DNA of 64,000 nt from a virus (Duplodnaviria; Caudoviricetes), in the IMG/VR virus record IMGVR_UViG_2823817231_000001, positions 20,111 to 84,110 of that record. The stretch is one strand, 5' to 3'. The notes beneath the pieces were generated by a model. It saw nothing but the letters and a program-made list of their open reading frames with translations. It made no database searches and had not been told where the DNA came from. Shown here in pieces: positions 54,501 to 62,329 of the stretch (the stretch's first letter is position 1; each line of letters begins with the position of its first letter). A program made the position numbers and the translations under genes.

Positions 54501-55422
54501 GCGTTCGGCCGAAATGCGTCACCGCATGGACACGCTGGACCGGGATCTGCGCAATGAACTGGCCAAGATCGAGGCAACCAACGCGCTGACTAAGAGCGCG
54601 CAGGCGTTGCAGGATGGCAAGCGGCTCTTCTTCCACGGCATCGGCATGATGGATCGCGCGGTGGCGGTTCCCACTTGGATCGCGGCCTATAACGAAGCGC
54701 TGGCGCAGGGCATGACCGAGGAGGATGCCGCCTATGCCGGGGATAAGGCGGTGCGCGTTTCGCAAGGTGCGGGGTCTCCCAAGGATCTTGCCGCCGTCCA
54801 GCGCGGGACCGGGAAGCATGGCGAAGCGCTCAAGCTGTTCACCACCTTCTACAGCTATTTCTCGGCCATGTATCAGCGCGAAAGGACGCTGGCCCGCGAT
54901 GTGCGCGGCAAGGATGCGCGCCAACCTCGCGCAACGCCTAAGCTGGTTGCGCGGGCTTTCTGGCTATTGATCGTGCCGCCCCTGCTCACCGAGGTTTTGC
55001 GCATGGTGGCGGGCGGGAACGCCGGGCCGGATGATGACGAATGGTGGCTGCAATGGACGATGCGCAAGCTGCTGGCCAATGCCATCGGCCCCATCCCCTT
55101 TGCGCGCGATGTGTTTGAGCCTGCATGGAACAAGGCGATCAAGGGCAAGGCGTATAGCTCAGGCATGACGCCTATCCAGCGCGCCGCCGAATCCTTTGAG
55201 CAATCGGCGGGCGACTTGGGCAATCTGGCGCGCGGCGAGCCCACCAAGCACGCGACCAAGGATCTGCTGGAAACGGCAGGCTATGTGACCGGGCTTGTGC
55301 CGGGACAGGTGGCCAGTTCGATCCAGTTCCTTGTCGATGTGGCGCGGGGGGATCAGCACCCGCAGTCGGCGTATGAGGTTTGGCGGGGGCTCTCAACAGG
55401 GAGGGCGGAGAGGGAACGCTAG
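48553..55422 (+). CDS. Giant internal virion/ejection (polyvalent) protein with LPD3-like and zincin HEXXH domains
   Basis: About 2290 aa; STLLHEISHQWLE...HELFARGGERY; inserted domain at ~51085-51490; gp16-like position. Confidence 0.8.
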   Translation: MPDQIIPFQPWKQPQPAVQQQDKDPLIAAMERERDERIRSNLMMAQSPEQVAQASTLARQMGVSPAQIDGLLPEAAQAQKTKALVQVARDHPDIGAHLANNPRTAAVAQGDHASLGVMGEAWRVLKETYNPVLAFGAGLDAFDRADVGSQTAGVAAPFMAGTAALMGDATARQALRRAAPYSGSALAAGVAGLYSGAAGFGRMAADGVGWQSASDLLNSQRQNAEAYQKRAMPKTGDWVADQVLGGISNFPSTLLALGTSMTGRALGLGMKGAAALGAGIGGIVQGGQTYNQATDAGLPYRTAATYALLDSASEVAGEYVGDLSFLRAMEGGGSILTRFLRSQIGEQAGEQFSTIAQDFTQWAYMPENRDKPFSAFLEKLPGDMAATAVQTLVAGGLSNITIGGLEKAVDAGMRRIAKTAAPDLLAADQALSASAAIDAFGRAAEQSSMRKLDPQAYQDLIRSVGESSGVSHVFVPGEAAQAYMQSESYDQYTDPLRQFAADVAEAVQTGGDLVLPVEFAFGALPGTSAWGALKDDMRLAPGGMSAREAAEFRNTISQKLDDVLARVDEGNAQQDGARQQIVERVRKMLMDAGYTPDLANVHAELFATREAVRAARLGQELTGLEFDTRIEQVLPPALAAARKADATDMVINAMRKGKPATVQQGDSLLEWIAKRGGLNDSGGDLKSMGLDSWHLRTPAPGKKDKKGRPARPTPIRGRKQILRDFDPRQASMGGPTGAGDYGLDTTLRSAIEAGYFPELQGMADQAGVDQLDSQMLLDAIGEELAGNARYTEEAKTDPMRAAAEELQQLLAERGLDPEGMSDAELRAAINQLSTEAVGAGYDQSTKPIASITGEEIAPKATPTKDLRAKVRDWFAAHLRGTSVRSEALGKDVTFASPKKMLSFTADREKLLAVAGLRDLIAKGELLSSRPSYDTAEGNAIKAYHQIGGALNIAGKDRYVRVTIREATDGTFFYDHVIPENATRIDPAPGNKSGLKETGSALKQLPESSPVFNMEIESGKAAKDTGPRGRIIFTPGQRPVIQLFQSRNLSTLLHEISHQWLEELRADALHADAPDQLKADWQAVQDWFAANGHAISDDGVIPVDAHELFARGGERYLMEGKAPSSALQGMFDRFRSWLLAIYKTVADLRSPITPEIREVFDRLLATDEEIGAARERLALNPLFKDAAQAGMAGAEFTAYSAQVQTARDKASGDLLAKTMKAIRRREEARYAAERREVVAEETDRLMQSPILQSLELMKADPISKEWLQGEFGLDAVDLMPKRVPPLYKPGGAHPDMIAEMAGFDSGRAMLEALFGLEADHRQAREGGDKRTMRQRMIDAAADEEMARRWGEDPFNDGSIEREAMEAINSDRQGEVIASEVRVLARSTGNRPTPYRLARDWARQKVRGGTVAQEASPAAVQRHTRAVQKAGRAAEEAFLRGDREAAFRAKQQQMIASALLAEAKEAMDEVQAAQARMAKVATAKTSKSVDQDYLERAQDLLEAVDLRPRSQRSIDRQAKWEAWAQDRRAEGHDVVVPDSYAATLEGQHWTRLSVEGLLGLDETVKQVMHLGRLKQTLLDNQEEREFDAVVAEAIAAAGSIEGPAPKGLQEQGWWDALKGKVLSADASLLKMETVFDWLDGGDPNGVFNRIVFRPISAAQGRAQDMQKDYMGRIRDLFAAIPAEQVSRWADKVQTPFFDKFSGKPYSPMRHKLIAMALNIGNEGNMQRLADGYGWNAGAIEAFLTDTLSAEEWQFVQGVWDRIESLWPEMAALERRVNGVEPEKVEPRAFTTPHGEMRGGYYPAIYDSSLSSMAEDRSASPESVLLEPMATKATTRAGATKARAQKVSEPILLDLGVIQRHLGEVIHDLTHREAVMQAWKFLSNRRVSSAIDDALGQQIRRQLRPWVKFVANSWAMERAGNEGMGRFFALARTNATIVGMGLRITTMVTQLAGYSNSIEVVGEAAMAKAIAQTYKAPIETARFVFERSAEMRHRMDTLDRDLRNELAKIEATNALTKSAQALQDGKRLFFHGIGMMDRAVAVPTWIAAYNEALAQGMTEEDAAYAGDKAVRVSQGAGSPKDLAAVQRGTGKHGEALKLFTTFYSYFSAMYQRERTLARDVRGKDARQPRATPKLVARAFWLLIVPPLLTEVLRMVAGGNAGPDDDEWWLQWTMRKLLANAIGPIPFARDVFEPAWNKAIKGKAYSSGMTPIQRAAESFEQSAGDLGNLARGEPTKHATKDLLETAGYVTGLVPGQVASSIQFLVDVARGDQHPQSAYEVWRGLSTGRAERER

Positions 55423-55598
55423 GGGGCGGAATAGCAAGTTTCGACCAATTTGCGACATTCGCTTCCAAAGACGCGAACGTCGTAGTCTGACGACACCGGT
55501 CATTCGTTGATCCGCTTAAGCCCTTTTTGCACGTCCGGCCTGTTGGAGGTTAGATACTTTCCAGTTTACGGTTTAGACGCGGGAAAATAGCCCTTCGT

Positions 55599-57521
55599 TC
55601 AGACAGGCAGAGGGAGCAGAGTATCTACGATCACCGTCAGTTCCATTCGCGCGATTTCTGGCAATTGCTCCCAGAAATCATCGAGGTCCAGAAGCTTGAT
55701 GACGTTCTCCACGTCCTTGGATTTGAATGTCTTGGGCAGATAATCCTCGAGCGCACCGAGGCCTAAAACGAACACGTTTTCCGTGCGCTTTCGTGCGAGA
55801 AAAGTCTCAAGACAAGCCTTTTGCTCATCCGTGAGAGCTGGATTAAGCTTGACCCGCTTTGACTTGATGTAGGTCCAGAGACCGCTGGCGCTCTCCCAAG
55901 AGCCTGTGGCGAGAGCTGTCTCGATCGCATCGACAAGTGTCTTGCCGTCGGTACTTTTAGGATTGTCAATTACATCCTTTTTGATCTCAGTGGTATTGAC
56001 GACAAACAATCCCTTGACCGATTGGTCACCGATTTGCTCGATGTAATCGAGATCCGCGATCATTGCTGAGGGCACTTTGCAGGTTTCGAGCAATTGAGCA
56101 TAGGCAGCAAAAAGGCCCTTTCCGCCTACGCTCACGATTTCCAGCGTTTCCGCGCCCTTGTCCCGATCGGGGCGTAGGTGAGCGATAACCTTCTCAAAAA
56201 AAATTCGATCGCTCAGACCTTCCACCAATAGTACGCGATCGGCGAAGAAAATACTCTCGTTGTTCTGGCTGTTGACGACATTGAACAAATGCCTGGCATT
56301 CGGAAGGCCCGCTGAGTTGAGTCTGATTACCCGGCTACGCTGTGCGTCGCTGTAAACCCTCGAAACATATTGGATCGACTTGGGTGATACGAATGTCGGG
56401 GAATGCGTCGCCAAAACAAATTGGTTGCCCGTGGATACCGACAGTCGCTCGAAGAGCCGATATAGGGAACGCTGCCAACGGGGATGCAGGTGCAGCTCGG
56501 GCTCATCAACGACGATGACTGCATCTCTGACATTCAGTGCATAAACAGCAAACAGGTAGGTTAGCAGCTCTTTCTCACCGGACGATGCTTCGCTGACGAG
56601 GAATTTTGAGCCCTGCTTTTCCAGCTCAATATCGTAATGATTGGCCAAGGCATTGATGGTTTTGAGCTTCCAATCATATCCCAAGCTTTTAAGGTCGGCC
56701 GTTAGCGCCTTGATGTTGGGATCGCTGTAGAATGCCATCTTAGCGCTTTGGTTATCTTCTTCCTGGAGAAGACGGAACTTTCCGGCAAGACGGCCCACCG
56801 CGAGCTGGATGATATTCGTGCCAGTGCGCGAGCTTGTTGCATCGGTTCCTTTCTTGAATTCGAGGTCATTGTAGCCTGCAAGCTGGATCGAAGACTGGAA
56901 CTGGACACTCGCACGGTTGACGGGAAGATAGACCATCGGCATCTGAAGCGAGGCTAGTTTCAGATCCGACCGCGTCATATTGTCGATTTCGAAAAGCTGG
57001 AGATACTCTAAAAAGTGCTTCGAGTGCTGGTCTGCTGCAGGTTCCAAACTGCCATTGCGCCAGATGTAAGTGAAGCGTTCGCCAGCATTGATAGCTGCAA
57101 TGTCCCATTGCCCAGAGATTTTCCAAGGGTCTTGGATCAGAGTCTTACCTATTTTCGTGACGATCTCGGTTGCCTGTTCCTTGATTCGCTTCATGTTTTC
57201 CAGATCTGTGGCGGAAGCTTCCACTTCGATCTCCACATACTGCTGCTTATCGAGGCCGGATGTATGCTTGGGAAATGCGAGTTGATTCAAATTCTGATTA
57301 TAATCTAAGTTGTAGCGTTCAATTCCATCGCCGTGATCAACCCGCATCAAGTATCTGGTCGCCAATAGGTAGCGCCGAAGCATGATGACAACGGTATCCA
57401 GCAGGTTGGTTTTGCCACCACCATTTGGCCCGATGATGATCGTGATAGGCCCATCAAACAGCACTTCCTGGCGCTCAAGGAAGCTGCGCACATTTTCAAT
57501 GGCAATCCTGCGGAGAAGCAT
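55599..57521 (-). CDS. OLD-family ATP-dependent nuclease (ABC ATPase + TOPRIM)
   Basis: GPNGGGKT, SSGEKE, VDEPELHLHP, ATHSP, LLVEGLSD, IADLD. Confidence 0.93.
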   Translation of the reverse strand: MLLRRIAIENVRSFLERQEVLFDGPITIIIGPNGGGKTNLLDTVVIMLRRYLLATRYLMRVDHGDGIERYNLDYNQNLNQLAFPKHTSGLDKQQYVEIEVEASATDLENMKRIKEQATEIVTKIGKTLIQDPWKISGQWDIAAINAGERFTYIWRNGSLEPAADQHSKHFLEYLQLFEIDNMTRSDLKLASLQMPMVYLPVNRASVQFQSSIQLAGYNDLEFKKGTDATSSRTGTNIIQLAVGRLAGKFRLLQEEDNQSAKMAFYSDPNIKALTADLKSLGYDWKLKTINALANHYDIELEKQGSKFLVSEASSGEKELLTYLFAVYALNVRDAVIVVDEPELHLHPRWQRSLYRLFERLSVSTGNQFVLATHSPTFVSPKSIQYVSRVYSDAQRSRVIRLNSAGLPNARHLFNVVNSQNNESIFFADRVLLVEGLSDRIFFEKVIAHLRPDRDKGAETLEIVSVGGKGLFAAYAQLLETCKVPSAMIADLDYIEQIGDQSVKGLFVVNTTEIKKDVIDNPKSTDGKTLVDAIETALATGSWESASGLWTYIKSKRVKLNPALTDEQKACLETFLARKRTENVFVLGLGALEDYLPKTFKSKDVENVIKLLDLDDFWEQLPEIARMELTVIVDTLLPLPV

Positions 57522-57582
57522 TTGTGTCCCTTCAATAGCTGCACCGAGACTATACAGTGGGTGCGCGAAGAAAAGGAATAAT

Positions 57583-57690
57583 TGTGCGGGCGGGGGGACT
57601 TGCCCCCCACGGGCAAAGCCCCACGGATTTTTACGCCGGCTACGACTTTTGCCGCCGCCCTGATGGGGGTCTGTGGTCTGGACTATCCAA
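57583..57690 (-). pseudogene. Degenerate tRNA-Leu 3' exon preceded by a group I intron 3' remnant
   Basis: Minus strand GATAGTCCAGACC...AAAATCCGT-variable arm-GGGGG(caagt)CCCCC-CGCCCGCAC. Confidence 0.5.
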
Positions 57691-57975
57691 TTCTCACAGT
57701 CGGATCGCTAACGAGCTAATCGCTGAACGGCAGCTATTGGGAGAGCAAACTCGCGTCGGCAGCGTCGGCTTTGTCGGCGGGTTCCGCCGCACAGCCTCAC
57801 GAGATCCGAACGGCTGCTTTCGGCGTAAGCAGACACTGCCAGTTGCCGCGCCAACCGGCACCAATGTCCCATAAATCACAGCAAAACGACCAGAGCAAAT
57901 GACCGCCCTCCCCCATCAGGCCTAAAAGGCCACGATCATCACCCACCGAACCTGATCAAAGCCGCCTAACCCCCG

Positions 57976-58009
57976 CGCGATTCAAGCCCGCCCGCTCCCC
58001 CCGTAAGCC
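57976..58009 (+). promoter_or_regulatory. Putative late promoter CGCGATTCAA-N18-TAAGCC
   Basis: Same motif and spacing; upstream of the tailspike. Confidence 0.7.
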
Positions 58010-58032
58010 CACCGGGCAAGGAGCGCGCGAAC

Positions 58033-60996
58033 ATGCCAATCGGAACGACCAATGCCATTTCAGGCCCTTATTATGGCGATGGGGTGGTCACGGCGTTCCC
58101 GTTCGATTTTCAGGTCCTGACCGGCGACCAGGTGTCAGTCTATGTCGATGGGGTTGAGCAGAATCGCTCGGCGTTCTCGGTTGCTATGGCTGGCGCCGCC
58201 CCTTCGATTGGCACGGTGCTGTTCATTGCAGCCCCGCCCGCTGGCACAGTCATTCAGCCGGTTCTTGCCCCGTCCTTCAAGCAGGACATCGAATTTGCCG
58301 ATGGAGCCGCATGGTTGGCCGATCCGGTCAACCGGGGCTATGACGAAAGTGCGCTCCGCGATCAGGCTTTGGCCCGCGATATTGCTCGGTCGGTCCGAGT
58401 TCCGATGGGCGAAGATGGCATCAGCCTGCCCGCCTCCAGCGACCGGGCCGGAAAAGTTTTCACTTTCGGGGAGGACGGCGATGCCGATCCGCAAGACCCT
58501 CAGGAGTGGATCCAGCCGCTGGCTCAGCCCTATGTTGATGCAGCGCAGGACGTGTTGGCCAGCACAAGGGCCGTTGCTGCCACGCTGCCCTATCCGTTGT
58601 ACGCCAGCACGGCAGCGGCGCAGGCTGACAGCGGCCTCTTGTCAACGCGGCAATATACCGTGCTGTCGGGCACGCAAATCCTGATTTACACCAAAAATTC
58701 AGGCACGGCCTCGACGCTCTTCGGCGTCATCCCGACCCAGCCCTATGTTGACCGGCTCAAAAACCGCTCGGCTGTCCCGACCATCGACTTCGGGGCCTAT
58801 GGTGACGGCGCGCATGCGGTGGCTGATCAGGCGGGCCTTGCCGCTGCCATGGCTTATGCGCAAGGGACTGCCGCGCTGCCTCTGGGCGCAGGCGATACGG
58901 TGTTCAACGATGTGGGCATCGTCTTGGAGCCGGGCGTTTATGATGCCGGTGCCTTTGTCTATGCCGGAAAGCCCATCAATATTCGGGCGCGCGTCCCCCA
59001 TACGGTTGTGATCCGCATCCCTGCCGGTCAGTATTTTATGGTGCAATCCGGCAACCCGACCACTGTTTGCATGGACGGGCTCATTTTCGTCGGCGGCCTC
59101 GGCGCCTACAAAAACACCAATACCGGCACCAATGTGTCCTGGCGCGTCGAGTTTACGCGGTGCGATTTCCACAAATATACCGAATGCGCGATCCAGAATG
59201 CCGCATCGGACAGCCCCGCGCTGCACGTCAAGAATTGCCGCTTTGGCGGCGGGATGCCGACCGGACTGCAAACGGTGGGCATCTGCTGGCGCGGCATGGC
59301 CGACCAGACGATTATCGAAGATTGCTACATGGGCGGCAATCACTTTCACATCATCATCGGCCCTTACATGGGCAGCCATGTTACGATCCAGCGTTGCTAT
59401 TTTCAGGGCGGCAACGACAGCTCTGTTCCGCGCACCCGCGCTGACATTTGGCTCAAGCCGAATGCCAACGGGGTGGAAACCAACAGCGGCCACAATTCGT
59501 TCGTCTTCAATAACCGCTTTGGCGGCGAATTGATGAACAGCGCCTATCCCACGCCGCGCATCCTGATTGCCAATGAAGACACCTCCATCGGCGGGAGCAA
59601 TTCGCAATATCCGCCCTCGACCACCAACAGCGCCGGTGCGATTTCCGGCTTCAAGATTTTCGACAACCATGTAGGCAATCCCTCGCCGTTCAATGCGCCG
59701 TTCATCCGCTCGTATGTGAACGATGTTCGCTATTTCCATGGGCGCGGCAACACGTTCGTTGGCGGCACGCTGAGCAAATTCATCGAGTTCCCCAACGGGC
59801 GAAGCGTCAACTATTCGAACAATAACAACCGCTTTGAATTGGATGACACGGCATCGAATATCCCGCTGGCCCTGTCCAATGTTCCGGTTGGCCGCCTTGA
59901 GGATCGAAGCGGGGCTTGGCTTGGCGATATCAATTCCGTGCCGATCTTCCCTGTCAGCGATGATCCGCTGGTGGTTCCGGTGGCGGTGGGCTTGTCCGGC
60001 TATGATTTGTCCTATGCTTCGGGAACGACCTCGGTGGCCGTGGCCGATCCTTACGGCACCAATGAATATGCGGCTGTCACCGGCCTGGCCTTGCTGGCTT
60101 TCACCGATCCCTATGCCGGGGCGGGCGGGCCGATGTTCCTGGAGGTGAGCCTTTCCAAGGCCGCCGCCAACACGCTGTCCTATGTGACGGTCGATGTCGT
60201 GAACACCTCGAACAGCTACTATTCATTCCTGCGCACCTTCCCGCTTCCGGCCAATGGCTCACCGGCCAAGCTGATGCTGCCGTTCTACCTTGCCCCCAAT
60301 GCCAATCCCGGTTCGTGGCAGTTCCGCGTCTATGGCAGCGGCATTGTGGCGGGCAGCGCCGACACCTTTGTCATGGGCGACATGATCCTTACCAAGGGAA
60401 CGGGGCGCACCGGGCGCGACAAGGCCCTGACGCGCTTCGGCGGTGTCCAGCCCGCCAACCGTCGCCTTGTCGGCGGCGCGGCGGCAACGCTGCCGAGCGG
60501 CTGGTCAATGAGCGGCACCCCGTCGGGCGCGACCATCACCGTCACCAAGGTCGGCACCGACAAATATGGTGACTTTACCGAATTCTCGCACACCGGCACC
60601 ACCACCGGCTCAGGCGGTTGGGTGCTGCGCCCGGCCCCGCAAAAATCCATGAGCTATGAGGCAGGCTCCAACTATCGCTGCATCTGGCCCGTCCGCATCA
60701 TCAGCGGCGATTTCTCGGCGGCCACCACGCAAACCGGTTACGACGGCTCGTCGGGCAAGCTCACCATGCAGGTCGGCAGCTACAGCGCGGCGGACGGTCT
60801 GCTGGTGCAGCGCGGCATCGCCTTCACCCCGTCCAGCGCCTTCGCCCTCTACGGGCGCACGCTCACCGAGGGCGCGGCCTATTTCCACAATACCGCCGAT
60901 TACCTCTGGCCGCTGCTCAACATCAACTACGCCAGCGGCGTCACGCTGAACACGGTTTTCCGCGTTTACGCCCCCATTTTCAACCGCACCAAATAA
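58033..60996 (+). CDS. Tailspike with T7 gp17-like N-terminal anchor and beta-helix body
   Basis: GDGVVTAFPFDFQV N-terminus; body homologous to 14800-17724. Confidence 0.85.
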   Translation: MPIGTTNAISGPYYGDGVVTAFPFDFQVLTGDQVSVYVDGVEQNRSAFSVAMAGAAPSIGTVLFIAAPPAGTVIQPVLAPSFKQDIEFADGAAWLADPVNRGYDESALRDQALARDIARSVRVPMGEDGISLPASSDRAGKVFTFGEDGDADPQDPQEWIQPLAQPYVDAAQDVLASTRAVAATLPYPLYASTAAAQADSGLLSTRQYTVLSGTQILIYTKNSGTASTLFGVIPTQPYVDRLKNRSAVPTIDFGAYGDGAHAVADQAGLAAAMAYAQGTAALPLGAGDTVFNDVGIVLEPGVYDAGAFVYAGKPINIRARVPHTVVIRIPAGQYFMVQSGNPTTVCMDGLIFVGGLGAYKNTNTGTNVSWRVEFTRCDFHKYTECAIQNAASDSPALHVKNCRFGGGMPTGLQTVGICWRGMADQTIIEDCYMGGNHFHIIIGPYMGSHVTIQRCYFQGGNDSSVPRTRADIWLKPNANGVETNSGHNSFVFNNRFGGELMNSAYPTPRILIANEDTSIGGSNSQYPPSTTNSAGAISGFKIFDNHVGNPSPFNAPFIRSYVNDVRYFHGRGNTFVGGTLSKFIEFPNGRSVNYSNNNNRFELDDTASNIPLALSNVPVGRLEDRSGAWLGDINSVPIFPVSDDPLVVPVAVGLSGYDLSYASGTTSVAVADPYGTNEYAAVTGLALLAFTDPYAGAGGPMFLEVSLSKAAANTLSYVTVDVVNTSNSYYSFLRTFPLPANGSPAKLMLPFYLAPNANPGSWQFRVYGSGIVAGSADTFVMGDMILTKGTGRTGRDKALTRFGGVQPANRRLVGGAAATLPSGWSMSGTPSGATITVTKVGTDKYGDFTEFSHTGTTTGSGGWVLRPAPQKSMSYEAGSNYRCIWPVRIISGDFSAATTQTGYDGSSGKLTMQVGSYSAADGLLVQRGIAFTPSSAFALYGRTLTEGAAYFHNTADYLWPLLNINYASGVTLNTVFRVYAPIFNRTK

Positions 60997-61006
60997 GGGC
61001 TTCGCC

Positions 61007-61246
61007 ATGTCCACTCCCTTCGCCTTCTCGCTTTCCGGCCTGATGAAAGACGCCCGCACCGATCTGGCCGCGCGGCCCGCCAATGACCCCAGCTTCCCGC
61101 AGACCTGCGCCGATTTCATCCTCGGCCAGCTCGAAGCCATCCCCGAGGACAAGTCGGTCACCCTGACCATTCAGGGCACGCTGGGCTGGCAGGAAGGCCA
61201 GATCGCCGGGCCGCTGGCCTTCAGCGTCTTTGGCAATGTGGCCTGA
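61007..61246 (+). CDS. Hypothetical protein
   Basis: ORF between spike and lysis genes. Confidence 0.55.
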   Translation: MSTPFAFSLSGLMKDARTDLAARPANDPSFPQTCADFILGQLEAIPEDKSVTLTIQGTLGWQEGQIAGPLAFSVFGNVA

Positions 61247-61256
61247 GCCGTGCCCC

Positions 61257-61514
61257 ATGGCTGACCTCTCGCCCCTGCCATCCCCCGCGCTGGCAACCGC
61301 AACGCTGGCCGCGCCGCATGCGCGCGGCTGGTGGGACACAATCCTTGCCCTGATGGTGATGGCCTTGGCGAATTTCTGGGAGGCCCTGCCTCACCTCATC
61401 CAATTGGGCGGCCTTGTCGTGGTCTGCCTCACCGCTGTGCAGAAGCTGATCGAGCTGGGCTGGATCAGCAACCCTCTGCGCCGCAAAAAGGAGCAATCCG
61501 ATGACCTTGGTTGA
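61257..61514 (+). CDS. Holin-like membrane protein
   Basis: Two TM segments, basic C-terminus. Confidence 0.6.
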   Translation: MADLSPLPSPALATATLAAPHARGWWDTILALMVMALANFWEALPHLIQLGGLVVVCLTAVQKLIELGWISNPLRRKKEQSDDLG

Positions 61515-61743
61515 TGATGCGCGCGCGTGCTGGCGCTGGTGGTCGGTGCGCATGGCCGCGCTGGCCGGTGTGGTGGCGGGCGCGCTGGTCGCCCAGCCCC
61601 AGATCCTGACCGGGCTGGTGGCCTATGTGCCCGAACCATGGCGCCCCGCCGCCTCGGCGCTGGCCGGGCTGGTGGTGTTTGCCGCGCCCACCATGGCGCG
61701 GCTGATCCAGCAAGGGAGCAAGGCCAATGGCCAGTCTGCCTGA
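61501..61743 (+). CDS. Holin-like membrane protein
   Basis: DDARACWRWWSVR...ARLIQQ; two TM segments. Confidence 0.7.
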   Translation: MTLVDDARACWRWWSVRMAALAGVVAGALVAQPQILTGLVAYVPEPWRPAASALAGLVVFAAPTMARLIQQGSKANGQSA

Positions 61744-62329
61744 AACCGCCCAGCCCAAACGCGGCGGCGTGGTGGTGTCGATAATGGCGCTGCTGGCCCT
61801 GATCGGCTCGGCCACGACGCAACTGGTGCTGACCGAGGTGCCCAAGGAAGAAAGCGGGCGCAAGGTGGCGGTCGCCGTCTCGCCTCAAGCCGGGACCGCC
61901 ACGATCACAAATATCAGCGGCAAGCAGTATTTGCGAGTCTACCTCGATATGATCGGCGTGGCGACCGCCTGCGACGGGCTGACCGGCGAAGGCATCAAGG
62001 TGGGCAAGAGCTTCACCGAGGCCCAATGCGCGCAAATGCTGGTGGACCGGCTGACGGCGGACGGCGCGCATATCATGGCCTGCACGCCCGGCCTCGCCCT
62101 CTCGATCCCGCGCCGGGATAATGTCCGCTATGCCGCGCTCAGTCTGGGCCATCATGTGGGCTGGCCAACCTATTGCCGCTCGACCATGCGCCGCCGGATC
62201 AACGCCGGGAATATCCGCGGGGCCTGCACCTCGCTCACATGGTTCAACCGCGCCGGTGGCCGCGTCGTGCCCGGCATCGTCGCGCGCCGCAAAAGGGAGC
62301 AGGCGATTTGCCTGAGGGATGCCGCATGA
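61727..62329 (+). CDS. Endolysin, GH24 lysozyme (SAR-like N-terminus)
   Basis: EESG...YLDMIGVATACDGLT...STMRRRINAGN...PGIVARRKREQAIC. Confidence 0.9.
   Translation: MASLPETAQPKRGGVVVSIMALLALIGSATTQLVLTEVPKEESGRKVAVAVSPQAGTATITNISGKQYLRVYLDMIGVATACDGLTGEGIKVGKSFTEAQCAQMLVDRLTADGAHIMACTPGLALSIPRRDNVRYAALSLGHHVGWPTYCRSTMRRRINAGNIRGACTSLTWFNRAGGRVVPGIVARRKREQAICLRDAA

Noticed and set aside
55599-57521. Gabija or retron-associated system
   Set aside because: There is no UvrD/GajB helicase or RT next to the OLD gene.
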